Source: Octopus sinensis (lineage: Eukaryota). Taken from it: a stretch of 64,000 nt of DNA. The position numbers and the translations under genes are program-made. The stretch lies in NCBI RefSeq assembly GCF_006345805.1, contig NC_042998.1, positions 152,892,001 through 152,956,000 on the forward strand. The letters are read 5' to 3'. Of the stretch, positions 24,581 through 38,968 are shown one piece after another. The notes under the pieces are model-generated. The model saw only the letters and a list, made by a program, of their open reading frames with translations. It was not told the DNA's origin and did no database searches. Positions within the stretch are counted from its first letter, which is position 1. Each line of letters begins with the position of its first letter.

Positions 24581-27500
24581 GCTGGCTGCAGACACAAAGC
24601 TGGAAGTACCACTACATAAGGCCACCACCAACAGATGCAGGATGGCCACCACAGACACCAATACACACACCACAAAAATATTTCTACTAAACGTAGGAGG
24701 GCTGCTGCACAGCAACTGTAAAAGGAAAATCTCATTCCTGAGAGACCTTGCGGCATGCAATCAAGCTATATGCATGGCACTCATAGAAACGCATCTTGGA
24801 CCCGATATAGGAGATGCAGGAATACACATACTGCAATATGCAGTCATATGCTCAGATAGAAATGGGAGGAGCCATGGTGGAGTTGCAATGTACATCCGAG
24901 ATGACATCACGCCCCAGGTCCTGTTGTCATATTCAAACTCAGTGTGTGACACTCAAATTGTACACATAAGACAACTGAATATCGTCATATGTACTACATA
25001 TCACCCACCGGATGCCCCAAATCACACAGGCATGTTTGAAGACTGCCTAACAAAAATAGAAGTTCTCACCAACCTTGAACAACACAACAGTGTATTCTTC
25101 ACGGGTGACTTTAACTTCCCCAATGTGGAATGGCCTGGGGGGGGCAGATGCTCCAAGGGATGACACACCATCAGCAGGCACAGGTGGAGTCCCTGCTCCA
25201 TCTCACAAATGCCTCTTTCATGGAGCAAATAGTGCTGCAACCAACAGTGGCAAATAATATACTGGATCTCTGCTTCACAAACAATATGGATATTATCCAT
25301 AATGTTAAAGTGATCCCAACAATGATCTTGGATCACAACATAATAGAGCTGTCTATGTATGGACCAAAAGCCCCTGCAAACACACAGCCTATACAAAGCA
25401 TCCACCATCTCTCCAACTTAAACTTTCATAAAGCAAACTGGAAGTTGATTGAGAAAGAGATCCTCAAACAGGATTGGCTTAAATGTCTCCCCACACCAGA
25501 CATTGATATGAAACACAAACGCTTCAAGTCCATAATACAAGCTATATGTGACAAATATGTCCCAGTGTGCAGGGCTAGCACACACAAAAACAGGATTCCT
25601 AGAGAAAGGAAGATTCTTACGAGACGACTGACAAGGATTGCGAATCGCCTGAGCAAGCACACCAAAAGTGGTGAGAAGTCTCGGATCGAGAGAATGCTAA
25701 TGGAAATTGAGAAAAGTCTGCATCAGTCCCATGAAAAGGAGAGAGCAGATAAAGAAGCTTGGGTAATAGAAAATATAAGGTCAAACCCTAAAGCTTTCTT
25801 TAAGTTTGCCAAAGAGACAGCCACAGTACACCAGAGAATAGGACCTTTCTTCCAAAAAGATGGCTCCCTCACAGGAAATCACACGAGGATAAGTGAAATA
25901 CTGAATGAACAGTTCCAAAGTGTGTTCACTACACCTCTAAGACACAAGCAAGTAAACAACCCAGAAGAATTCTTTGCCACTTTACTTGTGGCCAAAGAGG
26001 CAAAAATTGAGTACATCAACATTGAAGATGATGATATCACACTCGCCATAGATGAGATTGACACAACTCAGGTGCTGGACCTGATGGATTTCCAGCGATA
26101 CTTCTCAAATTGTGCAAACGAGCCCTTGCAAAACCGCTACAGCTTCTTTTTCAGAGCTTTGTTGCAAGTGGTAAGCTCCCAGTCAAAATGAAGAGGGGCT
26201 AATATGCCCTATCCATAAGGGAGGAAGCAGAGCAGATGCTAAAAATTAGAGGCCTATCTCTCTGACCTTACACATCAGGAAAGTCATGGAATGAATAGTC
26301 CGCAAGAAACTAATCATGTTCCTTGAAGAAAATGACTTGCTGACTGACACCCAGCATGGATTTCGACCAGGTAGAAGCTGCCTAACACAGATCCTGCAAC
26401 ACTATGACTGGGTGTTAAAACAGCTACTAAATGGTTCAAATGTGGATGTGATATATCTCGACTTTGCGAAAGCCTTTGATAAAGTCGACCATGGTATGAT
26501 TTGTCACAAATTGCGTGGTCTTGGCATAGGCGGAAAACTTGGAGAGTGGCTGCACAACTTTCTAAAAGATAGAAGGCAGGCAGTTGTGACCAATGGAGCC
26601 ACCTCCAAGGAAACACAAATAACAAGCGGTGTTCCACAGGGCACTGTCTTGGGGCCACTGATGTTCATAGTGGCCCTTTCAGACATGCCCTCAGTTACTA
26701 AGATGACCACCCTTGCTAGCTATGCAGATGACACAAAAGTCTCCCACACAATACAAAACCCTGGAAATATTGCACATCTGCAACAGGAGTTCGATACAAT
26801 ATACAGGTGGGCTGAGGACAACAACATGCGGCTTAATGCAGAAAGTTTCAGGCCCTGCGCTACTGGCACACAAAGGTAAATGACATGCAGACTGGATACA
26901 CTGGCCCGGGAAAAATTGCAATCCCTGAGTCAAAATCAGTGCATGACCTAGGCATTGACATAAGCAATGATGCATCTTTCCAAGTGCATATTACTAATTT
27001 GGTGATAAAATGCAGACGGCTAGCTGGATGGATTCTCCGAACTTTCAGAACAAGAGAGAAGGAGACACTGATGGTCCTGTGGAAAACTTTCGTCCTCAGC
27101 CACTTGGACTACTGCTCCCAACTATGGTCACCACACAATATAAAACTAACAGCTGAACTCGAAGCAATTCAAAGAAGCTACACAAAGAAGATCGTCTCAA
27201 TGCAAAATATCAGCTACTGGGAAAGACTGAAAGTATTAAAACTCTTCTCCCTAGAGCGAAGGCGGGAGAGATATGCGGTGATATACATCTGGAAAATCCT
27301 GGAGAGTCTTGTCCCAAACTTTGGCATTCAAAGTTACCCAAACCGCAGAATGGGGCGCTGCTGCATGGTGCCAAAGATTCCAACATCACCATAAAAATAC
27401 AGGACCAGATACTGCAACAGCTTGGGTTTCAGAGGACCACAGCTCTTTAACATCCTCTGTAAATGCCTGAGAGACTTGCATGGTGTGGATGTGGGTTTCT

Positions 27501-27690
27501 TTAAAACTAAACTGGATCTCTTCTTGTCGGGGGTCCCAGATGAACCTACCTCACGACAGGAGACACAGATGCGGGCAGCGGCATCGAACTCCCTTGTTGA
27601 CCAAGTGCCACGTATCAGAGGTGGAATCACATATTAGTGTAGCTCATTCAGTGGTGGTGCCCCAGCATGGCCGCAGCCTTCGGCTGAAAC
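24580..27690 (+). mobile_element. CR1-group LINE (ORF1 end + frameshifted ORF2)
   Basis: APE motifs ALIETHL, HGGVAMY, GDFNFP, NNILDL; RT motifs QHGFRPG, YADD; 3' gtggtgccccagcatggccgcag tail. Confidence 0.92.
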
Positions 27691-27878
27691 ATTTTTAAGG
27701 ATTTATACATACATATATATATATACATACATATATATATATATATATACATACATATATATATATACACACATACATATATATATATACACACATACAT
27801 ATATATATATATAAACATACATATATATATATACACACATACATATATATATATAAACATACATATATATATATATAA

Positions 27879-27960
<82 letters not shown>

Positions 27961-28264
27961 CAAATACATATATACACACTCACACACACATATATATATA
28001 TACATACACACACATACAATATTTATATAGAGAGAGAGAGAGTGGGGAGCAAACCAGAATACTAAAAGATGCTTAAAATTTGCACACATTGACTAATGAG
28101 TGAAATTAACTGGAAAATAGAAATAGGTGAGTAAACCAAAACAAAATTGAGTTAGAAAGGTCAAGGACAGGTTATCCTAGGTATCTGAAGTTAATAGAAT
28201 TTAGATTTGTGGACATTATAGTAGATGAAAAAAAATGATAAAATAACAATATATTTAAAATTAC

Positions 28265-28330
28265 CTTGATTCCTCCGGTGTTTCAATATCTCGCAAGTTC
28301 TCATTACTTGAAGATGGTGGTGTTTTTTGA
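28265..28330 (-). CDS. MAP3K5: ASK1-type MAP3K exon, Ser/Pro-rich linker
   Basis: Acceptor ttttactttccttcag, donor GTAATT, 66 nt, phase-compatible and open. Encodes SQKTPPSSSNENLRDIETPEES. Confidence 0.7.
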
Positions 28331-28865
28331 CTGAAGGAAAGTAAAAGTTGTAATATAATGTTTGCACTTCAAATCCATGAGTTTCATATAGAAAAGACAA
28401 AAAAATCCTGCTTCTCAAGATATTTTTGCATATGAGATAACTTGCTTAATTCTTTTAATGCTCACTATAAATCAAAGCAAAGATTACCAACAAGATATGA
28501 TATTTTATCAAATATTTTCTATTTTACAAACTCAAAGCTTGAAAAACACTTTTATAGATACTGCAAAGAACAGAGAGCAGTTGTGACAGTTAAGGGATCT
28601 TTATGTTGGTGATTATTCAGCATTTATATCAAAACATATTGATAGTTATAACTCTAAATTTCAGCTTTTAACTGAATCTAGTAATGTTGCTTATTTCAGT
28701 TATCAAATTTACTGTCATACTATACTTCTATAACCAAAAGTAGCATGACAATATATTGTCATTGAGTGACTTGGTTAACTCCATAACTAACATCAATATG
28801 GAATTAAAAATGAAACATTTTGAGTTACAAAAAGTAGGCTGAACAGAAAGATAGAATTAACTTAC

Positions 28866-28911
28866 CTAGACAATCTTGTTGATACTTTGTTCCAACCTTT
28901 TTGATTTGGGA
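28866..28911 (-). CDS. MAP3K5: ASK1-type MAP3K exon
   Basis: Acceptor ttttcccccttttcttag-like, donor GTAAGT, 46 nt (2+42+2). Joined to 60896-60951 it gives RSTS|VPNQKGWNKVSTRLS, completing the RSxSxP motif. Confidence 0.75.
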
Positions 28912-29911
28912 CTAAGAAAAGGGGAAAAAAATGTCATTATCTGTTCAGCAAGAGAATATTTTATTTCTAATGGCAAAAAACTGAGTAGAAAAGTTATGCT
29001 TGTCATACACTGCTTAAGCAACAGTTTCATTTTCTCATATTTGCTACTGCAATCCAGAGAACATAGATGCTACGGTTACATAGAACTAGGTAAAGAAGAC
29101 CTATTCCAGTCATAATCATTCTGTATTTTCCCTGGAATAATATATTCAAGACTACATTTTCTAGTGAGTCTTTCTGAAAACAATAGGATGTGTTTGGAAG
29201 GAGATTTGAATGCTAATTTTAATTCTTTATTATCCAAAGCACTTAGGTAGCCACAGCAAAGTTACAAGCCATATTTGTAAATGCAATGTATTGAATCCCT
29301 AAACTATAAAAGAGGTAAAATCTTGTAATAAATTCACTTGACAATTTTTCATCTTTGTAAGAAATATCCATGGATTACAATCTAGAAAGCTTGTCATAAC
29401 ATGCAAATCACACACCTTAATCCTATCTGCCTCATTTCTATTATTCAAGTTACATGCTATGTTTCAACTTCTTTCATAAAAGTGGTATCTGCATTATTCA
29501 GGAATCAGCCTCCATACCTTTCATCTCTCAAATAACAGCAACAAAAATTTCTAGTTACAGTGGATGAAGGTTACCCTTTTTCACCTCTCTAATTAATTAA
29601 AAATCTGTGATTACATTTTATCCATTATTGCACACATGCATATTTCAACTCACCTTTCTCTCAAGTCATCATCCTCAATTACATAAATACTCCCAATTAA
29701 TCTTAGCTCTCAGATTCCTGCCATAACACAATGTTGATGGTGAGAGTGTATCTTTTGACATCTAATTGCTCTCCTTACTTGTCCAGAATCATGACCAACT
29801 CACTCTTGAACTCTTTGTCACATTCTAAAACCAGCCACTATCCACTGTTCCTACAACCAACAGAATATCAAGTCACAGGCAAATCAAGGAAACTCATCTA
29901 TCATCCAACTA

Positions 29912-30281
29912 TACTCTTTTACTTGTTTCAGTCATGTGATTGTGGCCATGTTGGAGCACCACTTTTAGTCGAGCAAATCGACCCCAAGACTTATTCTTTG
30001 TAAGCCTAGTACTTATTCTACCGGTCTCTTTTGCTGAACCGCTAAGTTACGGGGATGTAAACCCACCAGCATTGGTTGTCAAGTGATGTTGGGGGGACAA
30101 ACACAGACACACAAACACATGCATATATATATATATATATATACGATGGTCTTCTTTCAGTTTCCGTCTACCAAATCCACTCACAAAGCTTTTGTTGGCC
30201 TGAGGCTACAGTAGAAGACGTGCCACGCAGTGGGAATGAACCCGGAACCATGTGGTTGGTAAACAAGCTATTTACCACACA
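29912..30281 (-). mobile_element. tRNA-derived SINE
   Basis: Reverse-complement match to 16031-16424. Confidence 0.85.
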
Positions 30282-30924
30282 GAAAGGCACTAGGTGTATA
30301 ATAAGAAACACAATAACATGCCTTATCTTTTCTGGTCATCAGACAATCTCAAATTTACCATTATTTTCATTCTTTCGTTGCTCGACCACCCCTTTTGTGA
30401 TCTTCCTAAACCTCTTTTACTAGAGGTTTGTCTATGCATGTTTATATTTACTACAATTAGGGTGTCACGATGTTGTACTACATAACCAAACCACTACATG
30501 TGTCACCTTTTGAAAATTGACAGAAATGTTTTGTTGTTTATTCTTCCAGGTGATTTCTCTTCTAGCATACTTCTTAGTTCAATGTTCTATGCATGGAAAT
30601 ATAAAGCATTTATAATAGCAATTCATTTTAAAAGCAATGATCTTTTTTTCTCACTTCCACATGTAATGCTCATCCTTTACACCTATAAAATACAGTTGAA
30701 ACTACAATTGCTCCTGAAAAAATGTATTTTTCTTATTTTCACAAATGGTCTACTTTCGTAGATGCAATCCAGCAATTTTGTACTCTCATACCTTTCATTC
30801 TTGTTCTTTCCAATTACTTAAATTAATGAACACCATACATACAAGCAAAACCCACAACAGTTCCTATTTTGTATAAAATAAGTTATCATTTGGACATATA
30901 TGTTTGTGCATGTGTTTAATTTTA

Positions 30925-31090
30925 TTTCAAATATGATGCAACAAGGATATCCAAGGTAGAGTACTACAATTGTTTCATGCTGCTTCATTTTATTAAACAC
31001 TGCAAGTATAACATCAGTTTTAAAATGTCGAGCAATTTTCAGCCACATATAGAATTTTCCAATTAAATGGACGATGCACATTCTTATCGA
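30925..31090 (-). mobile_element. Solo PLE terminal fragment with mutated hammerhead
   Basis: Homologous to 20343-20500. The core reads CUGAAAA and the loop AAUU. Confidence 0.75.
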
Positions 31091-31097
31091 TGAAATA

Positions 31098-31677
31098 TAG
31101 CTATGGCCACCATCCAGTGTCAAATTAATCACAGAACTTGAGGCGATCCAATGAAGCTACATGAAGAAGATAGCGTCGGTGCAGCATATAAGCTATTGGG
31201 AAAGACTCAAGAGATTAAGACTCTATTCCTTAGAGCGTAGGCGAGAAAGATATGCCATAATATACATCTGGAAGATCCTGGAAGGACTTGTCCCAAACTT
31301 TGGCATCGAGAGTTACACAAATACCAGAACTGGGCACCACTGCATAGTGCCAAGGACTCCAAATTTGCCATCAAAGTGTAGGACAAGACACTGTGATAGC
31401 CTGGGCTTCTGAGGTCCACAGCTCTTCAATGTCCTCCCGAAGGACCTGAGAGACCTGCATGGGGTGGATGCAGATGTCTTTAAAATAAAACTGGATCTCT
31501 TCCTGTCAGGTGTCCCAGATCAACCAACTTCACGACAGGAGGTGCAGATGAGAGCAGCTGCATCGAACTCTCCCATGTACCAAATGGCAATTGCTAAAAA
31601 GCATTCGTGAAGTAAAATCATGTAGCAACACTGAGTGGCAGTGCCCCAGCATGGCCACAGCTCGTGACCTGAAACTA
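31098..31677 (+). mobile_element. CR1-group LINE 3' fragment
   Basis: Close match to 18343-18922. Confidence 0.9.
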
Positions 31678-31689
31678 GATAAAATATAA

Positions 31690-32718
<1,029 letters not shown>

Positions 32719-32719
32719 T

Positions 32720-34005
32720 GAAGGAAGTGTTTGCTTTCACACTGTGAAAAAAAACCCAAAAAGGTTTGCATAAATCAACGAAATAATCTACTAAAACTAA
32801 CAAAAATGTAGAACTTGTTATCTCATAACGATCTACTAAAATATACTAATTAAAAACGTAATATATTTCGCTTGAAGCCAAATATAATACATTAAAGTTA
32901 GTTGCGCATGCAAGATTCTTCGCTGAAAAAGCACGTGGTGGCAAGTCTTTAATTGCCAAATGCAAGAAGGAAAAAGAATTGTTCTCTTTTCTTTTTTGAA
33001 AGAAAACTCCTTCATACAAGCAAGACGATTTGGATTTTACCTTTTGCGAATAAGTATCCTTATCATTTGTTTATATTCCTTTAATGTAAGGTAACATCTG
33101 AGTTACGAGTTACGACTCCATCTTTTTCACATTCTGAGAATAATTTTCTTTCAATTTCTGTTTCAGCATCCACTTCGCTTTCAATCTATCTTTCATTTTA
33201 TCTCTATAAAACTAATATTTAAAAATTCTTTTCATTTGTTGATTTTCCTGTAATTTAAGTTGACATCTGAGTTACGACTGAGTTAGAAATACAATCGTAA
33301 TTAGTTTAGAATTATATATCTCTTTCGTTTCCCCACTCTCTTCATATCTACCCTCTTCTTCTCCCCTCCCTTACATATATTACTCCACTTCCAGCTCCTC
33401 GCTCCCTTCCTTTATCTCTCTTTTCGCCTACTCTTTCCCTCTCTCTTGCATATCTTACTCTTTCTCTCATCTCTCTCCCTCCCTTTCATAACCTCCTCTT
33501 TTCTCACTTCTCTTTCCTTTCCATCTCACATCTACCTCTCCTTTCATCACCTCAACCTCTCTCATATACTTCTCATTTGCACATTCTTCTCACTCCGTCT
33601 CTCCCTCTCTCTCACATCCTTCATCCTTTCCTGTTTCTCCTTCAGTCTGTCTCTCTTTCTCTTGCTATCCTCACCCTCCTTCTGTCTCTCTTTCTCTTCC
33701 TCTCCTCTCCTTCACTCTGCCTCTTTCTCTTCCCCTCTTCTTCACTTTGTCTCTCTTTGTATTCCCCTCCTCTCCTTCATGTTGTCTCTCTTTCTCTCAC
33801 CCTCCTCTACATTCCTGTCTCTTTAACACGCCACACCCTCTTGCTTTCGCCATATCACCCTCTCTATTTCTTTCATAACACCTCTCTCTTTCCTTCATAT
33901 CTACCTCTCTCCCTATTTCACTCTCTGTGTTTCTCCGTCTCTACCTCTCTCTATCTCTCATTACCTCTCTAGCCTCTACTCCCCCTCTGGGCTTCAAAAA
34001 CGAAA
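32720..34005 (+). promoter_or_regulatory. Candidate 5' UTR/promoter of the downstream LINE, including a CT-rich tract at 33310-33990
   Basis: Lies between a microsatellite and the ORF1 ATG, and carries ttgcgcatgcaa and gcacgtgg palindromic motifs. Its link to the LINE is inferred from position only. Confidence 0.3.
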
Positions 34006-37000
34006 ATGGCACCAAAGTGGGAAAAGAAAGAGTTAAATCTTCTGCTACGAGCATGGACGATTGCTAGTGGTGATCCGCCAAACAACATCATCACTGCTGT
34101 GCTAAAGAACAATGGTTTTGATAGAACCATTGACCAGATAGAGCAGAAGAAAAGTGAATTTATCCGGTCTTACATGCTTATAAGACAGCACATCAACACC
34201 TTGGATAACATAATTGAAAATTATTGTGGCAAGGCTAATAAGGATGGAGAGGACGAAAAAGAAAAAGAACCCGGAAGTCTCTGTAATCCAGAAGTTCCTC
34301 AAGAGAATGGATCACCTACCACGGTAAATGACCTGGCAGAGAAAGATAGGGGAGCCAAGGGAGCAGAAACTGGAAGCCCCCCCTGTACCAGTGGTCCTAC
34401 AAAGAAATGAGAAATTAGAAAAACAGAAGAAAAAAGGAAGGACGGAAAACAAAAATAAAGAAGGAAAGGAAGAAAAAGGCAAAAGAACCAAGCTGAAACC
34501 CAACATACCACACAAACAGCAGAAAAACCCATGGAGGATCCAACACCACCCAATACACTTCAGGAAAGAAGAAATCTGGAAGGCACAGAAGAACCTGTAA
34601 ATTCTACATGTGGGGCAAATGTTGGCATGGGGAGGAGGGCAAAAACTGATGGTTCGCCCACCCGACACACTGCCAGAACTTCAGGGGCTTTAACCCTTTC
34701 GTTACCAAACCGCCTGAAAAAAATTTTGGTTAATGTGACCAAGCTGCCCCAAACCGCCCGAATTTACCTATTCATATTTAAATGAGAATATCAGAGTAAA
34801 TCTCTTTAGTACATTCGTGAAAACACGTATTATACTTCGTAAACAGTTCAACTACAGTTTTGTACAACAATCGAAGTGTAATTTTAATTCCGTGAATTAT
34901 GGGAGATTTTTTTCCGAAATTTGTTCCTATTGTGTTTTCAAAATTTGTAATTCTGACAAAAAATGGATACGAATTTCATTATATCAAGCAGCGAGTCAGA
35001 ATTCGAAGGATTTTCTACTGAAGACCTTCATAAATCTAACTCTATGACTGAAAAAAAAAAGCATGTGGTATTTGATAACGAATCTGATGTTTCATTTTCT
35101 GAAAGTGAAAACAGTGGATCCGACAGCGATAAAGAAAATGAATTGGCACCTGAATGGAGTGAAAATTTAAAAACTGTTTCTTTCGGTGATTTTTCTGAAG
35201 AAACTGGACCAAGCCACAGACTTTCCCAGAAGAGTAAAGCCTTAGACTATTTCTTTTTACTTTTTTGAATGAGCCCATTTGAAATCATTACGGCGGAAAC
35301 GAACTGTTACGCTAAACGTAAACAAAGCGAAAGAAAGTATAGTTTGTTATTTCCCACAACCTTAAATGAAATTAAGGCCTATTTTGCCATAAATATTATT
35401 ATGGGTATCAGAAAGTTACTCAGAATAACAAATTCTATCGTAAAATTTTGTTGTATACCCAATTGAATATTAGCTAATAACCCATTTTCTATAGCGATGT
35501 TTGAACAAAATTTTAATAATTTTATATATTGTTGAATTTACCTGTATCTACCTGCAATTAGAGTCACTTTGTGACAAAAATTATAGTATAGAATTGGTTG
35601 AGAACATTTCATTAAATTATCTTCCAAAATTCATGTTAATATATGGATAAATAAAAAAGTTATAGTTGTTTAATGAAACCAGACTAAATTTATGATTATG
35701 TTAGAAATTAATTGAAACACATAAGGGGTGTATTTTGGTCAGAAATATAGTAACGAAAGGGTTAAAGAGAAAAGCTTTACTGAAGGAAGACAAGAAATGT
35801 CTCCCAGGAAAACATTAAAAAAAGAAGTGTGCTCCTGAGATGTTCTGCGCAAGGCAACAGCTGAGAAAGAGTCATTTTTGTGCATGGCACAAAGAACTGT
35901 CCAGCAACTAACCTGGCTACACCAAGCACAAAGAAGGAACCTTGCCTACAACTATGCAAGACCACCACAGTCAACAGACACGGGATGGCCTCCCCTAATG
36001 CCTACACAGCCGTCACCCCAATACTTTTACTAAATATTGGGGCCTGTTGCATCAAAATAGAAACAAAATTTCTTTCCTGAGAGATCTTACTGCATGCAAT
36101 CAAGCCCTATGCATAGCACTCGTGGAAACTCACCTCAGCCCTGATATAGAGTATGCAGAAGTACACATACCAAACTATGCCATACTGCAAACAGACAGAA
36201 GGGAAAGGAGCCATGGTGGAGTTGCTGTATACATCCGAGATGACCTCACACCCCAGGTTTTACTGACATACTCAAATTCGGTATGTGATACTTTAATTGT
36301 ATACATAAGACAACATAATAAATATCGCCCACCGGATGCTCCAAATCACATAGGCAAGTTTGAAGATTGCCTCACAAGAATTAAAGAAATCCTCATGAAT
36401 CTGGAACACCACATGACCATATTTCTTATAGATGATTTCAACTTCCCCAACGTCAAATGGTCTGAAGGTCTCATACTCTCAGGAATGAATCATTGCAAGC
36501 AAGTACAGGTGGAGTCCCTGCTCAACCTCACCAATGCCTTATTAATGGAGCAAGTTGTACTCAAACCAACTAAGGCGAATAACATTCTGGACCTCTGCTT
36601 CATGAACAATATGGACATCATTCATGATGTGAAAGTAACACCAACATTAGTCTCGGATCACAACATAATAGAGCTGTCTATGTTTGGGCCGAAAGTAACC
36701 AGAGACATACAGCCTAAAGGAAGCACCCGAAATCTCTCCAATCTGAACTTCCACAAAGCAAATTGGAAATCGGTCCAAAAAGAGATCCTCAGAGAGGACT
36801 GGCCAAAACTAGAATGTTTCATGTCTTCTGTGCAAGCTGTATGCCAGAAATATGTCTCAGAGCACAAGGCCAAAACAAATAGGAGCAAGATTCCAAGAAA
36901 CAGGAAGATCCTCATGAGACGACAGACGAAGGTTGCAAACCGACTCAACCAACATCCCAAAAGTAGCAAAACGTCCCGCCTAAGAGCAACACTAATAGAG

Positions 37001-38870
37001 ATCGAAAAAAGGCCGCAACAATCCTATGTGAGGGAGAAAGCAGACAAATAAGCCTGGGTTATAAAAAACATTAAATCAAACCCAAAAGCCTTCTTTCATT
37101 ATGCGAAAGAAACAGCCTCAGTACACTACAAGATAGGACCTCTCCTCCAAAAGGATGGCTCCCTCACAGACAGTCCAACTAAGATCAATGAGATGCTGAA
37201 TGACCAGTGCAAAAGTGTCTTTACCACCCCGTTGGAACACAAACAAGTGAAAGAACCAGTAGACTTCTTGGCCGCCTCACCTATAACCAGCAAGGCAGTT
37301 ACAATAAAATACATTGACATTAGCGAAGAAGATGTACTACTAGCCATAGATGAAGTGGACACAAACTCAACTGCTGGTCCTGATGGTTTCCCAGCAATCC
37401 TCCTCAAAGAGTGTAAGCATGCCCTGGCAAAACCCCTCAAGATTCTCTTCCAGAGCTTTCTTACAAATGGTAAACTGCCAAGCAAGCTGAAGGAGGGAAT
37501 AATATGCCCAATACATAAAGGGGGAAGTAGAGCAGATGCCAAAAACTATAGGCTTATCTCTCTGATTTCACACATCAGCAAAGTCATAGAACGGATAGTC
37601 AGAGGGAAACTAATCGCATTCCTTGAGGAAAATAACTTGCTGAGTGATACCCAGCATGGTTTTCGACCAGGAAGGAGCTGTCTGACCCAGCTCTTACAAC
37701 ATTATGACTGGGTGTTGAGGCAGTTACTCAACAAATCAAATGTGGACGTAATCTACCTTGATTTTGCAAAAGCTTTTGACAAGGTGGATCATGGTATGAT
37801 ATGCCACAAACTGTGTGACCTTGGCATAGCTGGAAAACTTGGAGTGTGGTTACATGACTTCCTGAAAGATAGGATTCAGGCAGTAGTGGTTAATGCAGCT
37901 ACCTCTATGAACACACAAATAGTGAGTGGTTTTACACAGGGCACTGTCTTGGGACCACTGCTTTTTATAGTGGCCCTCTCAGATATGCCCTTAAATGCCC
38001 GGATAGCCACTCTGGCAAGCTATGCAGACAATACCAAAGTCTCACAGAAAATACAGAACCCCAGCAATGTTGCACACCTGCAGCAGGAGTTGGACTCAAT
38101 CTACAGATGGGCTGAGGATAATAATATGCAGTTTAATACTGATAGAGATCGAAAAAAGGCCGCAACAATCCTATGTGAGGGAGAAAGCAGACAAAGAAGC
38201 CCGGGTTATAAAAAACATTAAATCTAAAATTCTAGGCCCTGCGCTACCAGCATCAAAATCTGAATATTAAACTTACAGGGTACACTGGTCCACAAGGAAT
38301 TTCAATCCCAGAGCCTAAGTCTGTGAGGGAACTGGGTAAGCAATCCAGAGAAGATTCACAAAGAAGATCGTCTCTTTGCAACAGCTCAGCTACTGGGAAA
38401 GGTTGAAACAGCTAAGACTCTACTCCCTGGAGAGAAGACAGGAGAGGTATGCAGTAATTTATATCTGGAAGATCCTGGAAAGAATTGTGCCAAATTTTGG
38501 CATTGTAAGCTACACCAATGCTAGAATGGGACGACACTGCATAGTACCAAAGATCCCAGCAATGCCATCACGCTTCAGGACCAGCTTCTGCAACAGCCTG
38601 GCTTTCAAGGGCCTACACCTTTTAAATATTCTCCCAAAGAGTCTGAGGAACTTGCACAAAGTAGATGTAGCAGGTTTTCAATCAAAGCTGGACCTCTTCC
38701 TGTCGAGAGTCCCAGATGAACCTACCTCACGGCAAGAGGTGCAAATGAGGGTAGCTATATCAAACTCCATTCTTCACCAAGTGCCACATATTAGAGGAGG
38801 TTCTTCGTAATAACAGTGTAGCACAAAGCAGCGGTTCATCAGCATGGCCGCAGCTCTGTGCTGAAACAAA
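34006..38870 (+). mobile_element. Near full-length CR1-group LINE (ORF1 Myb/SANT-like + CCCH; ORF2 APE-RT), disrupted
   Basis: ORF1 pieces at 34006-34690 and 35765-36030. ORF2 ~36020-38810 with ALVETHL, DDFNFP, QHGFRPG, YADN. CR1-type 3' tail. Confidence 0.85.
34694..35761 (+). mobile_element. Non-autonomous piggyBac derivative (1068 bp)
   Basis: Perfect 12-bp TIRs ccctttcgttac/gtaacgaaaggg; TTAA on both sides (34690-34693, 35762-35765); truncated transposase N-terminus at 34963-35440 (DYFFLLF..IITAETNCYA..EIKAYFAINIIMGI). Confidence 0.93.
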
Positions 38871-38878
38871 AAAAATAT

Positions 38879-38923
<45 letters not shown>

Positions 38924-38968
38924 TATATATATATCATACATATATATATCATATATATATATATATCA

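Noticed and set aside
23558-24760. Long ORFs rich in Y/I/C/V/M/H (also at 4029-4615, 5341-5632, 11778-12356, 15524-16253, 27648-28089, 31520-32803)
   Set aside because: They are translations of (TA)n/(TACA)n microsatellites that lack stop codons by composition.
29654-29880. Extra minus-strand exon ending at the strong donor AG|GTGAGT (~29654)
   Set aside because: Every upstream acceptor tested gives stops in compatible frames. It looks like decayed LINE sequence.
34647-34649. In-frame TGA at a zinc-finger Cys position as selenocysteine, as in some Naiad PLEs
   Set aside because: The same element has other stops and frameshifts, and I found no SECIS. A point mutation is more parsimonious.
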